Positions 49,290 through 62,262 of a stretch of 64,000 bases of DNA are shown here, in pieces. Source of the stretch: Octopus sinensis (lineage: Eukaryota); the NCBI RefSeq assembly GCF_006345805.1, contig NC_042997.1:204786001-204850000 (forward strand), written 5' to 3'. A model generated the notes under the pieces. The model was not told the DNA's origin, did no database searches, and was given only the letters and a program-made list of their open reading frames with translations. Every line of letters begins with the position of its first letter. Within the stretch, counting starts at the first letter, position 1. Both the position numbers and the translations under genes were made by a program.

Positions 49290-49820
49290 CATCATCATCA
49301 TTATCATCATCATCATTTAGCGTCCGCTTTCCATGCTGGCATGGGTTGGACGGTTCAACTGGGGTCTGAGAAGCCAGAAGGCTGCATCAGGCCCAGTCTG
49401 ATCTGGCAGAGTTTCTATGGCTGGATGCCCTTCCTAACGCCAACCACTCCGTGAGGGTAGTGGGTACTTTTTACATGCCACCCGCACATGTGCCAGACGA
49501 AGCTGGCATCGGCCACGATCGGTTGGAGCTTTTAACGTGCCACCGGCACGGAAGCCAGCCAAGGCGGCGCTGGCAACGGCCACGTTCGGATGGTGCTTTT
49601 TATGTGCCACCGGCACAATAGCCAGTCGGGGCAGCGCTGGCATCGGCCACGTTCGGATGGTGCCTTTTATGTGCCACCGGCACAGTTATCACTACTACTA
49701 TTTCCATTGATATTTATTTCGATGTTCATGTTCATGTACTTGACTCAACAGGTCTCCTCAAGCACAGCGGGACATTCTGGAATCCAGGGTACTTTGAATG
49801 GGCAGGGGCTATGCGGAACA
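49290..49820 (-). mobile_element. RTE 3' UTR copy with four hairpin modules
   Basis: Repeated (GTGCC)ACC(GGCAC)-type modules, (ATC)n tail at about 49290. Confidence 0.88.
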
Positions 49821-49821
49821 G

Positions 49822-49856
<35 letters not shown>

Positions 49857-50154
49857 AAGGAAGAAAAAAGATGAAAAAACACAGAAGATTTGTTTTACAA
49901 GACTAAAGAATATATTAGAATCCTCATAGCAAAAGTATTATACAATACTATACAAAATAAGACTTTTTCTTCCAACTTAATAATCGGTTTCACTAACGCT
50001 TTTCAAAGTTTGAGTGTTGGATACAATTCGTAGTTAGAGATTTTGCTAGGGGGCATAATTGGCAACTAAGGTAATATATATATATATATATATGTATATG
50101 CATGTATCACATATATCATCATCATCATTTAATGATATATATGTGCTGAGAAAA

Positions 50155-51215
50155 TGTGCAGAGAACAACTTCCGTCACATTCCAGGGAGAAAAACTAGAA
50201 GTAGTTGATAGCTTCCGTTACCTAGGTGGCCAAATCTGTAGTGGGTGGGGGGGTGCTCTAAAAGTGTAGCTGCTAGAATAAGAATAGCCTGGGCAAAGTT
50301 CAGAGAGCTCTACCTCTGCTGGTGACAAAGGGCCTCTCGCTCAGAGCGAAAGGTAGACTGTATGATGCATGTGTATGAACAGCATGCTACATGGCAGTGA
50401 AACATGGGCCGTGACTGCTGAGGACATGCGTAAGCTCACAAGGAATGAAGCCAGTATGCTCTGCTGGGTGTGTAATGTCAGTGTACATACACGACAGAGT
50501 GTAAGTGCCTTGAGAGAAAGGTTGGATCTAAGAAGCATCAGATGTGGTGTGCAAGAGAGACGACTGCACTGGTATGGTCATGTAGCGAGAATGGATGAGG
50601 ATAGCTGTGTGAAAAAGTGCCACACCCTAGCAGTTGAGGGAACCTGTGGAAGAGGTTGACCCAGGAAGACCTAGAATGAAGTGGTGAAGCACAACCTTCG
50701 AACATTGGGCCTCACCGAGGCAATGACCAGTGACCGAGACTTTTGGAAATATGCTGTGCTTGAGAAGACCCGGCAAGCCAAGTGAGACCATAACCTTGTG
50801 ACCTATGCCAGGGGTGTAACCAGCCCACTTATGCGTACCTTCCCTTCATTGGACACTGCTTGCGAAGACCTGTTGAGACAAGTGAAATCGAAATCAAATT
50901 CGATGACTGACATCCGTGCTAGTGGAGCACTAAGAGCACCATCTAAGTGTGATCGTTGCCAGAGCGGCTAACTGGCATCCGTGCCGGGGACACATAAAAA
51001 GCACCATTTAAGTGTGATCGTTACCAGCATTGCCTTACTGGCACTTGTACTGGTGTGCAGGTGGAATGTAAAAAAAGAACCTGATTTTTTCGTGGCCGTT
51101 GCCAGTACTGCCTGAATGGTCCTCATGCCGGTGGCATGTAAAAGCACCCACTACATTCTCGAAGTGGTTGGTGTTAGGAAGGGCACCCTGCTGGAGAAAC
51201 TCTGCCAGATCAATA
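50155..51215 (+). mobile_element. RTE 3' fragment (ORF end and UTR)
   Basis: TSVTFQGEKLEVVDSFRYLG, HGSETW and WYGHV, closely similar to 11330-11950. Confidence 0.95.
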
Positions 51216-51749
51216 TTTGTTTTACATTTTAGTGAATATTTCCCCGTGTTTGTAGATTCCTTCATTGGATGCGTGTGGCAGTAAGTGGGGACAGTGGCTA
51301 TTTGACTGGCATTGTTGGCCGAAGGAGTTATACCTGGTGATACATATGTATATATTTATATACATGTATGTATTCGCAACTTTTAAGTCACTTCAAAAAT
51401 CCCTCAATCCAATAACAAGGTTTACAAAATCTATGCTTGGAATGACCAATTTTAAATATTATTGGAACTTACAAGGTACAGGAATCTTATACGTATGCCA
51501 TTTTTCCTAAATAATGGAACTGCAGATACAATATCCCTGCATATCTCACGTCTGTTTTCATTCCTCCACTTCACTCTCTATTTCATATCTTCTCTAGAAT
51601 AACTAGAGTTTAAAATATCTTACGATCGTTTTGTGGATGTATTATCCTTAGAAATGGAATCTAAAATTGATAATCATTATTAGGTAAAAATCCACCTGTC
51701 AGATATTTTAAACTTTTAAACTTTTTAAATAAGCATATTGTATATATTT

Positions 51750-52680
51750 ATACATCATCACCGTTTAACATCCGCTTTCCATGCTAGCATGGGTTGGACG
51801 ATTTCACCGAGGACTGGTGAACCAGATGGCTGCACCAGGCTCCAATCTGATCTGGCAGAGTTTCTACAGCTGGATGCCCTTCCTAATGCCAACCACTTTG
51901 AGAGTGTAGTGGGTGTTTTTACATGCCACTAGCACAAGGGCCAGTCAGGTGGTACTGGCAACAACCTCACTCAAATGGTGTTTTTTACGTTCCACCTGCA
52001 CAGGAGCCAGTCCAGTGGCACTGGCAATGACCTCACTCAAATGCTTTTCATGTGCCTCCGGCATTTTTACATGCCACCAGCACGGAAGCCAGTCAACTGC
52101 TCTGGCAACGATCATGGTTGGATAGTGCTCTTAGCACTCCACTGGCACGGGTGCCAGTCATTGAATTTGATTTGATTTCAATTTCACTTGCCTTAACAGG
52201 TCTTTGCAAGCAGAGTTTAGTGTCCAATGAAGGAAAGATATGCATAAATGGGCTGGTTACACCCTTGGCATAGGCCACGGGTTATGGTCTCACTTGGCTT
52301 GCTGGGTCTTCTCACACACTGCATATACTTTACTTGGAAACTCGTAAGGGTTGGAAACAAGACGGGCATGTAGCCATAGAAAAACCTGCCTCTATAAATT
52401 CTGTCTAACCCATAGAAGCATGGAACATCATCATTATCATCATCATTTAACATTCGCTTTCCATGCTAGCATGGGTTGGACAATTTGACTGAGGTCTGGC
52501 GAACCAGATTCCAATCTGATCTGGCAGAGTTTCTACAGCTAGATGCCCTTCCTAACGCCAACCACTCCGAGAGTGTAGTGGGTGCTTTTACATGCCTCCA
52601 GCACGAGGGCCAGTTTTGTGGTACTGGCAACGGCCACGCCCAAATGATGCTTTTTACGTGCCACCAGCACAGGAGCCAGT
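51750..52680 (-). mobile_element. Two adjacent RTE 3' UTR copies
   Basis: Two (ATC)n tails at about 51755 and about 52430, each followed by the reverse-complemented UTR. Confidence 0.85.
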
Positions 52681-52892
52681 CCATGAACATTAAAACGGTG
52701 ATAATGACTACTTATGTTTGCAGACGTTTTAATGGGAGAGAAGCCGAAAAAATCCTATCGAGCTATTAATTGGTATAAAAAATTAGGTCAGACATTAGAA
52801 CCCTTTAGAGTCACTTAAAAGATTACATTGAAGTAAATTTCCAGTTTTCATCTGCCTTTATAAGTTAATGATAATCTGATTAATTTACAAGG

Positions 52893-53275
52893 TGAAGGAA
52901 TGGCTGTGTGGTAAGTAGCTTGCTTACCAACCACATGGTTCCGGGTTCAGTCCCACTGCGTGGCACCTTGGGCAAGTGTCTTCTACTATAGCCTCGGGCC
53001 AATTTGGTAGACAGAAACTGAAAGAAGCCTGTTGTATATATGTGTGTGTATATGTTTGTGTGTCTGTGTTCGTCCCCCCAACATCGCTTGACAACCAATA
53101 CTGGTGTGTTTACATCCCCGTAACTTAGCAGTTTGGCAAAAGAGACCGATAGAATAAGTACTAGGCGTCCCCCCTCCAAAAAGTCCTGGGGTCGATTTAC
53201 TCGGCTAAAGGCGGTGCTCCAGCATGGCCGCAGTCAAATGACTGAAACAAGTAAAAGAGTAAAAGAGAGAGAGTA
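52893..53275 (+). mobile_element. SINE family A
   Basis: Match to 1950-2375. Confidence 0.88.
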
Positions 53276-53932
53276 AAAATATGTTGAATGAGCAGATCCT
53301 GTGTTAAAAGAGCATGAAGCACTGTGGTAAGTAATGTTACAATTATATGGATAACACTGGCAATGTATTTATTTGAGGGGTTGGCCTCAGGTGACGTTGG
53401 TTTATGGGGGTCAGGATTTGTTTGTATTAAATTGTGAAGGGATGAAGCAGATTAAAGTCTATTTTCTTTGTTCATTGCAAATAGATTGTCTCTTTGAAGA
53501 CAGCATGTAAAATACATGCCATATGCTTACATACATACATGCACACATACATACGTACATACACACATATGTACATACACACATATGTACATACATACAT
53601 ACGTACATACATATGTACGTACATACATAAATAAGTACATGTGTACGTATGTATGTACATACATACACACATACATACGTACATACACACATAAATACAT
53701 ACAAACATACATCATCACATACGTACAAACACACATGCATACATACATACATGTATTATGTAGATAAGGTTAAAATCCAAGCTGTGTGTTCTTGAATCAC
53801 ATCTGCTTATTTCATTTTTTCAAATCCATATGTTGATGTTATATTTGTGTGAGGTGTGCATAAGAGTTGAAAATATCAAAACAAGAAACTGCAAACGTTT
53901 TTAGTTGGTACATATATACTTTTTGACACCAC

Positions 53933-53970
<38 letters not shown>

Positions 53971-54015
53971 TAGACAAACGAAAGAAGGACACTTACATAC
54001 ACACACACACACACA

Positions 54016-54240
54016 GATCCGCAACCCGGAAGGAGAGGGGCTTTCTCCGTCCGGGTTGCGGATCCGTGGAATAAGCTGCCGGATGAGATAGTGAAGATGC
54101 CAACGGCCGCTCGGTTCAAAGTCTCCCTTGACCACAAATGGCCTGAACTCTATGCATGAACACCACCCTGTACATAACTCCATGTCCCCCTACATGGCCT
54201 AGCTTTTTGCTTTTTGAGCCAAAAAATTAACTTAACTTAA
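54016..54240 (+). mobile_element. CR1/L2-like LINE 3' end with (TTAAC)n tail and a fold-back at the 5' truncation
   Basis: FSVRVADPWNKLPDEIV..FKVSLDHKWP, CR1-type C-terminus. Flanked by (CA)n on both sides. Confidence 0.8.
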
Positions 54241-54519
54241 CACACACACACACATATCTTTGGTCCTGGCAGGGCATTTCCAGAGCAGAACTCAGCCCAA
54301 GTTTTGGGCTATCAACACTGTTGAATTCCAGACTAATACTGAAAATTCTTCAAGTGTAGAGAATCTTGCATTCATGATGGTAAAGCCATTGTGTCGGTGT
54401 GGTGAAGAGTAAACTATAATCCAAATAATAAGAACACAAAGAAATCCTTTAAGATTTCTTTAACAGTAAAGATATGTTAAAGGATTTGTTCAACACCACA
54501 TCAGTGGATAAAATTTCCT

Positions 54520-54722
54520 TATTTATGGAGTAAGCTACTATTGGTTTCATGTTAAGAGAAAAATCCCTTAATATTTATCAAGCCTGCCACATGGAACATT
54601 GGTTGTTTGTTTCATTTAATCCAAGACAGAGATGAACACCAATATTTCATGTGGCAGGTTTGATAATTGTTAATGGATTTCTATCTTAACATGAAACCAA
54701 TGGTAGCTTTAACCCATAAATA
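54520..54722. repeat. Imperfect inverted repeat (MITE-like), arms about 87 bp
   Basis: TTGGTTTCATGTTAAGA...CCTGCCACATG versus its reverse complement, about 80% identity by eye. Confidence 0.8.
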
Positions 54723-55003
54723 GAGCATGTGTATGTGTGTGTGTGTGTGTGTGTACATACAGACAAATAAGTGTGTGCACATACATGAGTGCATGTACAC
54801 ATACAAGCAAAGCTATGTATGTAGTTGTATGTTAGACTGAAAAAAAAATTATAGTTTTCATGTGGAATATTAAATGATATATATATATGTATATATATAT
54901 TCCCTCAAATAATAATTATTATATATATATATATATATTTTTTTTTTTCTGAGAGTTTGGAAATCTTCATAGTTTTATAAAGCGAAAATGAAATGAAACA
55001 TAC

Positions 55004-55097
55004 CTGAATATCTGTTGATTAAGTTGATACTTTTAGTAAGACACGGTTTCCTTGTCACCCAATCAGATAGGTTGAGACATTGGCTGAGTCTTCCGTG
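55004..55097 (-). other. Candidate 94-nt exon (HGRLSQCLNLSDWVTRKPCLTKSINLINRYS)
   Basis: cctaat...gcatcag acceptor, CAG|gtatgt donor, one open frame. Confidence 0.3.
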
Positions 55098-56139
55098 CTG
55101 ATGCAATTAATTTGCAATTAGGATATTCTTGGCTGGGGGTCACCACAAACTTCTAACAATTACATACATATATATATATATATACATTCATACATATATA
55201 TGTTTGTTTTATCTTTTACTGTGTGATATTTGATGATGAGGAGGAGGAGGATGATGATGAGGATGATGAAAATTTCCAAGATTTTCAGTTTGTGTGAAAT
55301 ACTTTGAATTTTCCAGATTGTTTTTGCTTTCAATGCATCCTGTTGGGCCACATGCTGACCAAAGTAATCACTTGATTTTGCAGGTCTTCTTTTATGTGTG
55401 TGTGTGTGTGTGTGTACACACCTTCAAGTCGACGTAGAAGAGGAATACGTAACTTGAACCGGTGTCTCTCAGCTTTGCAATGGTACTCAAGGATGTAGTA
55501 ATGCGTTCGTTTGGTCAATAATCTTTTTATGTTGTGTAGAGTGGAGGAGTAGAGATTAGCAAAACAGTCAGAGAGACATGTTCACACCTGTTTTAGAGCA
55601 ACTAAAATATCCGCTGAGATAAGGACCTAAGGTTAGGGCTCCTCCTTCATATATTTATAACATTATCCCATTATCCTATTGCTTCGGTCATCAGAACAAT
55701 GTTGACTTTAGTCAGATTGAAGTACACTTAAAAAGCTATCTATTGCCTTTTTGTTCAACTGGAGAGGATTATTTGTCAGTGCCATTTTCGACTTGGGAGA
55801 TAGTAAATAACCATTATGAGCTGACAAAAGTATCTCAATGTCATGCTTCATGGAAATATTAGCTTCTTTGTTGAAACAGAACAGCTTTATTAGTTACAAG
55901 ATATTTAGGTCAGCTTTAGAAATGAGATTCTGTAAAAATTCTGATAAATATTTCTGTGATTCTTTAAGTTATTTAAAATAACGAGAAAAAATGTTAAAAT
56001 TAAACACATTTGATTAACTCTCATAGATATCTTATTAAACTCTTGTGGCATATCTGATTGTCTTATTTGGAATATTTACCTGAATGGTTGTTGTGAAGTA
56101 TGTGATTGACCCTTGTGGAGTATTTATTTGATCAAATTC

Positions 56140-56635
56140 GATGACTGGCATCCGTACTAGCGGGGTGCAAAGAGCACCATCTGAGCGTGATTGTTGCCAG
56201 AGTGGCTAACTGGCTTCTGTGTAGGTGGCACGTAAAAGGCACCATTTGAGTGGGATCGTTACCAACGTTGCCTTACTGGCACTTGTGCCTGTGCTAGTAG
56301 GGTGCCAAGAGCACCATCCGAGCGTGATCATTGCCAGAGCGGCTAACTGGTGTGATCGTTACCAGCATCGCCTTACTGGCACCTGTGCTGGTGGCATGTG
56401 TAAAAAGATTCGAGCGAGGTCATTGCCAGTACCACCTGACTGGCCCCGTGATGGTGGCACGTAAAAAGCACCCACTACACTCTCAGAGTGGTTGGCGTTA
56501 GGAAGGGCATCCAGCTGTAGAAATTCTGCCAGATCAAGATTGGAGCCTGGTGCAGCCATCTGGTTCGCCAGCCCTCAGTCAAAATCGTCCAACCCATGCT
56601 AGCATGGAAAGCAGACGTTAAACGATGATGATGAT
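56140..56635 (+). mobile_element. RTE 3' UTR copy with modular repeats
   Basis: Repeated GAGCACCATC.GAGCGTGAT..TTGCCAGAG and ...GGTGGCA.GTAAAA modules, (GAT)n tail. Confidence 0.88.
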
Positions 56636-57419
56636 TTTGTGGTGTAAATGAATGGCTGTTGTGGAATATTTGAATGAATGTGGCTGAATATTTATCTGAA
56701 TGGTTGTGGAGTACAAAAATGAATAGCTGTTGTGGAGTATCTTCATCATGTATACCTGTTTCTGTGTCTCTGTCTCACTATCATCTTTCATCTGACACAA
56801 GACCACCTCCTCCCCTCTCAGAAGATTTTTGTTTGTCTTGTAAGGTAACTGGTAACCCTGTCAGTGCAGGTATCACTTAATAAGCATCCAGTCCACACTT
56901 TCCTGCTATTGCCCTTCTCTCCACTCTCATTGCCTTGACATAACTACTGCAGCCACTACCTACAAGCTTCTCCTATATTTCTCTCTATTGTTTGATACAG
57001 TCACCTCATCCTGCCCACTCAACCAGCTCAAGCCTCTATATCACCTGACCTATTCTTGTCACCTCCAATGCCCCTCGATGGCATGTCCCAACATATCTTC
57101 ACCATCACTTCTCTCACTGCCATTTTCATCTTACCATTCAACTCATTTTCCTTTGTTTTCTAACTTGGGTATCCATGTATCTGTTTCACAGCAAAACAGC
57201 TATATCTGTTCCCTCATCATATTCATCATGATTGTTTAATGTCTTCCTTCAATGCTGGCATGGGTGGGATGGTTTGACAGGAGCCAGCCAGGCAGAAGCC
57301 TATCCCAGACTTCTGTGACTGTTTTGGCAGGAGTTTTACAGCTGGATGCCCTTCCTAACACCAACCACTCGGCAGAGTGGACCTAGTGCTTTTCACATGG
57401 CACAAGAACAGGCAAGGTT

Positions 57420-57650
57420 TTTACAGCCGTCAAAAGCTTTCTCCAGGTTGACAAAGGCTGAGTACAATGGCTTACTTTTGGCCAAGTACTTTTCTTGCAG
57501 CTGTCTTACTAGGAAGATGGCATCTGTGGTACTCTTTCTAGGCACAAAACCAAACTGCATCTCATCTAGTTTAATTCTATTCTTAATCAATTTAGCTATA
57601 ACCCTCTCAGTAATTTTTATGACTTTGTCTAGCAGTTTAATACTTCTGTA
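57420..57650 (-). mobile_element. RTE RT fragment
   Basis: YRSIKLLDKV..QFGFVPRKSTTDAIFLVRQLQEKYLAK..EKAFD. Confidence 0.92.
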
Positions 57651-58104
57651 GCCAGTGAAATGTAAAAAGCACCATCCGAACATGGCTGATGCTAGAACCC
57701 TAAACTGGCTCCCAGTGTCATGTAAAAAGCACCATCTGAATGTGGCCGATGCCAATACCCCCTGACTAGCCCCTGTGCTGGTGGAATATAAAAAGCACTA
57801 TCCAAACGTGGCTGATGCCAGTACCCCTGACTGGCCCCCGTGCCAGTGGCATGTAAAAAGCACTATACAAATGTGATCGATGCCAGGCCCACCTGACTGC
57901 TGGTGGCACATAAAAAGCACCCACTACACTCTCAGGGTGGTTGGTGTTAGGAAGGACATCCAGCTGTAGAAACATCACCAGATCAGATTGGAGCCTGATG
58001 CAGCCACTGGCTCACTAGACCTCAGTCAAACCATCCAGCATGGAAAACAGACATTAAACGATGATGATGAGGATGATGATGATGACGACAACGACGATAA
58101 CGGT

Positions 58105-58111
58105 GGCGGCG

Positions 58112-58167
<56 letters not shown>

Positions 58168-58205
58168 CACTACTGCTACTACTACTACTACCACCACCAC
58201 CACCG

Positions 58206-58225
<20 letters not shown>
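58105..58225. repeat. (TAC)n/(CAC)n trinucleotide array
   Basis: Seen directly. Confidence 0.98.
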
Positions 58226-58245
<20 letters not shown>

Positions 58246-58652
58246 AGACTAATTTTCATGTTAGATTGAATAGTCTGCAGTTCAGGAAGTACAATGTTGC
58301 ATGAAGCCAAGACAGAAGAATCTTTATTAAGCTAAAAGTCTTTTAGATGAGAACCAAGATTTGTCTTGTGACAGCTGAACATTATTCTTTTATTCTTTTA
58401 CTTGTTTCAGCCATTTGACTGTGGCCATGCTGGAGCACCGCCTTTAGTCAAACAAATCGACCCCAGGACTTATTCTTTGTGAGCCTAGTATTCTAACGGT
58501 CACTTTTGCTGAACTGATAAGTTATGGGGATGTAAACACACCAACATTGGTTGCCAAGTGATGGTGGTAAGATACAAATACATACATACATACATACATA
58601 CATACATACATACATACATACATACATACATACATACGTATATACGTATATA

Positions 58653-59048
58653 TATATATTAATAAAAGGAATTCCAACCTTGTCTGATTTTCACGTTTTA
58701 TTTACAATCTTATAATGATATAATATATAATATAATATAATATAATATAATATAATAAAATAAAATAGTAGAATGTTGAATGTTCATTCTGATTGAACTA
58801 GTACTTTCATGCATTAAATTCTGCAATCTTCAGTCAAAAATTGTGAAGCTTGACTGTCACCACTACTACACGAACCTGAAGATTGCAGAATTTAATGCAT
58901 GAAAGTACTAGTTCAATCAGAATGAACATTTAACATTCTACTATTTTATTTTATTCTATTATTATTATATTATCTTATAATATATCATTATAAGATTGTA
59001 AATAAAAGGTGAAAATCAGACAAGGTGGGAATTCCTTTTATTAATATA
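58653..59048. mobile_element. Head-to-head inverted repeat of a Penelope-type terminal sequence
   Basis: Arms 58653-58833 and 58876-59048 with a 42-bp spacer. The inner about 65 bp differ at one position. Confidence 0.85.
58872..58914 (+). ncRNA. Putative minimal type I hammerhead ribozyme
   Basis: GAAC-CUGAAGA-U-UGCA(8-nt loop)UGCA-U-GAAA-GUAC-UA/GUUC. All core nucleotides present, stem I 4 bp, palindromic stem III AGUACU, CUA cleavage triplet. Confidence 0.75.
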
Positions 59049-59088
59049 TTCTTCTATACACAATCACACACACCCATATATATATATC

Positions 59089-59121
<33 letters not shown>

Positions 59122-59419
59122 CTACATCTATATATATAAATATATATAATATATATATACTACCAAATTCATTTACAAGGCTTTGGTTGGCTTCAGGCTA
59201 TAGTAGAAGAGACTTGCTCAAGGTGCCATGCTGTGGATTGAACCCAGAACCATGTGGTTGGGAAGCAAGTTTCTTACCACACATCTGTGCTTATGGTTAT
59301 GATTTCTCAAAATGCTATTCCTGTGATCCTTAACCCTACATTAGTCCCATGGGCTGTTTTGTTACCCACAGATTGTTTGTAAATGTTTGTTATTTCTAAT
59401 TGGCAACTTGTTTCTTTAG

Positions 59420-60045
59420 CTCCCTCTCACTGTCCTGCACGCGATTGTGCAATGCCCCAAGGTGACTGAGTTCTGGGCTTATGTCGAACACCTGCTGTCG
59501 CATTTGAGAAGAGTACAACTGTCGAGCGAATCTGTAATTAAGATCATTCCGCCGACCTCCCTGAATAGGGAGGAGCGAGCCTGTTTTCTCTCGGTAGTTG
59601 CTGTGGCGAAAGAGGTAGAATGGAAGACGAGGGTGAAAGGAATTGCAACAGGCATGTTCATCTCCAGTCTCGAGCTAATCGACTTTTTCGTTTTCCACAT
59701 GAAACGGAAAATAAGGCTGGAGAAGAAATGCCTGTCACAAAGTGTGTTTTGTAAAAGATGGAAGTCTATAACAAGTATGTTGCGAGTGAAAGAACCTGTT
59801 TAAACGAGAATGTAAAAAAGGAGAAAGCAAAGTCTTCAGTGTGAGTATGTGGTTTGTGGGGTCGACCGCGTCCTCCGCTTCATTTTTTGTTATTCACTCA
59901 TTCTCATTTAATTGTATATATTTTAATTGTTTGTTTATTCATACATTTCGTCTTATTCTATACCCTGACCCCAATGTTTGTTTTGTCTGTCCTCGTATCG
60001 TCCCCTCTTTTTCCCAACTTTATGGTGAATAAAGAAATTCTCTCA
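59420..60045 (+). mobile_element. Tx1/L1-like LINE 3' end (ORF2 zinc-knuckle tail and 3' UTR)
   Basis: HAIVQCPKVTEFW..., stop at 59803, UTR shared with 28947-29228. Confidence 0.8.
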
Positions 60046-61964
60046 ACGACTCCCCTGGCTCACTGAGGGTGTGTAGCTTGTGGTGTAAAATTGTAGCTCA
60101 GTTGTCACATGAGGCAGACATTACTTTGTTTTCAACCAGTGGGGAATCAGAGTGATCAGTAATGGCTGAATAACGAGCTTACATTGATTTCTCTTTCATT
60201 TCTTTCACAATATATTTCCATTTCATGGCTATTTTTGATTAATAAAACTTTTCTTTGTCATTCTACTGGTGCGTTTCACCCACAATTTACAACATGATTG
60301 CGTAACAAATTTATAATAATTTCCATTTCAATGAATAACTATATCCTCAGTTCAAGTTTTGATTTAATCTATATTGTAACGGAGATTGCCTGTTTATGTT
60401 ATTTGTTTCAGCTGTATGATAATATACATAACTGTAACACTATAAGCATATTTGTATTGGGGTGTGTGCACACACCAGGGGACTATCCAGTTTCGGAAAT
60501 CCAGGGTGACTGACACAAGCTTCATGATTTGTGGAGTAATGTATACATTTTAGGTTGTTCCTTCATAAAATACCTTCAGCATTAGAATTAGATTTCGTTT
60601 TTGTATTTGTTTCGCAAAATTCTTTTATGTGAATTCATGTGTTGGAGCATGTTCTGTTGTATTCGGAGAGGGTCATTCTCTTTTAGTGCCTCATTACTTA
60701 ACACAGTCACCAGTTCAATTTCCACTCGTTTACTTATTTATTTTTTCTAAAATTTTCATTGCCTCTTGCAACCTTTTCGTTAGTCGTTAACTCCGTCCGT
60801 TATCAGAGCTGCATTCTTTTTGCTTGTTTGTTTGTTTGTGTTCATGGGTGTGTGCCAGTGTGCATATCATCATCATCATCATCATAATCATCGCTTAACA
60901 TCTGTTTTCCATGCGAGCATGGGTTGGACAGTTCGACCAGGGTCTGGGAAGCCAAGAGGTTGCACCAAGCTCCAGTCTGATCTGGCAGTGTTTCTTCAGC
61001 CGCATGCCCTTCCTAAAACCAGCTGAAACAAATAGTGTAAAGACTCTAACATTTGATGGGTCCTGTTGAATATATTCTACCAAACGTTGTAGTTAGGTTG
61101 TTAACACATTGTTTGTCATTGTCGTTTAGTTGCAAGTCAATCCTGTGTGGTTAAGGAGTGTGGTCCAGTGGTTAAGGTGTTGTACTCATGATCATAAGAT
61201 TGTGGTTTCCGTTCTCTGCATTGTGTTCTTGAGCCAAACACTTTATTTCACATTGCTCCGGTTTACTTATTTGTAAAAGAGTTCTAGCAATAACTGGAAA
61301 GTTAACCCTGCAACAGATCAACTGCCAATTTCATCCCATTTGGTCCATCTATTCCATCTATTCGTCCCATCCATCCACCCACTCTGTCCATTTGCCCCAT
61401 CCATCCTAGCCATCTCATATCCCATCCATCCTGGGTCACCCACACTGTTTGTCCCTCTAACCATTCCCCTTACACACACTCCAAAATTGTTTATTATTAT
61501 TTGTGGTACACTTTAGAACTAATAAACATATTATAATGCATTTTCTACCTAAAGTTAAAATGTATCAGAAAAGGGATTTACACATTTTAACCTATAAATA
61601 TAAATGATTTAAATGACAGAAAATTAATTAATTATTTCTTTATTCATAAATTGAAACATAATTATTTTGACTTTATATTTAGAATTTCAGTCTGTGTTAT
61701 AACATTTTTTGTCATTGTCCCCCTAGTAACAGTTTGTTACTTTGATGTTACTATGCATGTAGCAGCAACTCAAAGCACACCTGTGCATTACTATGCACCT
61801 AGTCACATCTTGCAGCATGCTAACATGTCATTGTGCACCTCGCTACAACTCATGTTACACTATTGTATCCCTGTGCTCTTAGTTACAGCTTGCAGCAAAC
61901 CAACGTCTAACTGTGCACCTAGTTTATCTTGCACAGTACAGCAGTATGCCACTTTGCAGCTAGT

Positions 61965-62262
61965 GGAGGCACATGGCCTAGTGGTTAGAGCAGCGGATAT
62001 GCAGTCGAGGGATCGCGGGTTTGGATCTCAGACCAGGTGATCTGTGTGTTTATGAACGAAACACCTAAGCTCCACACAGCTCTGGCAGAAGGTAATGGCG
62101 AACTTCTGCTGACTCTTTCGCCACAACTTTCTCTCACTCTTTCCTCCTACATTTTACAGCTCACCTGCAATGGACTGGCGTCCCATCCGGGTAGGGAACC
62201 TATACACCAAGGAAACCGGGAAACCGGCCCTTATGAACCAGGCATGGCTTGAGAAGGAACAA
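61965..62262 (+). mobile_element. tRNA-derived SINE family D
   Basis: A-box TGGCCTAGTGG, decayed B-box, non-tRNA body and AAAC tail. Confidence 0.75.

Noticed and set aside
55680-55935. Minus-strand acceptor followed by a frame of about 72 codons
   Set aside because: In-frame TAA after 11 codons, no donor and no recognisable homology.
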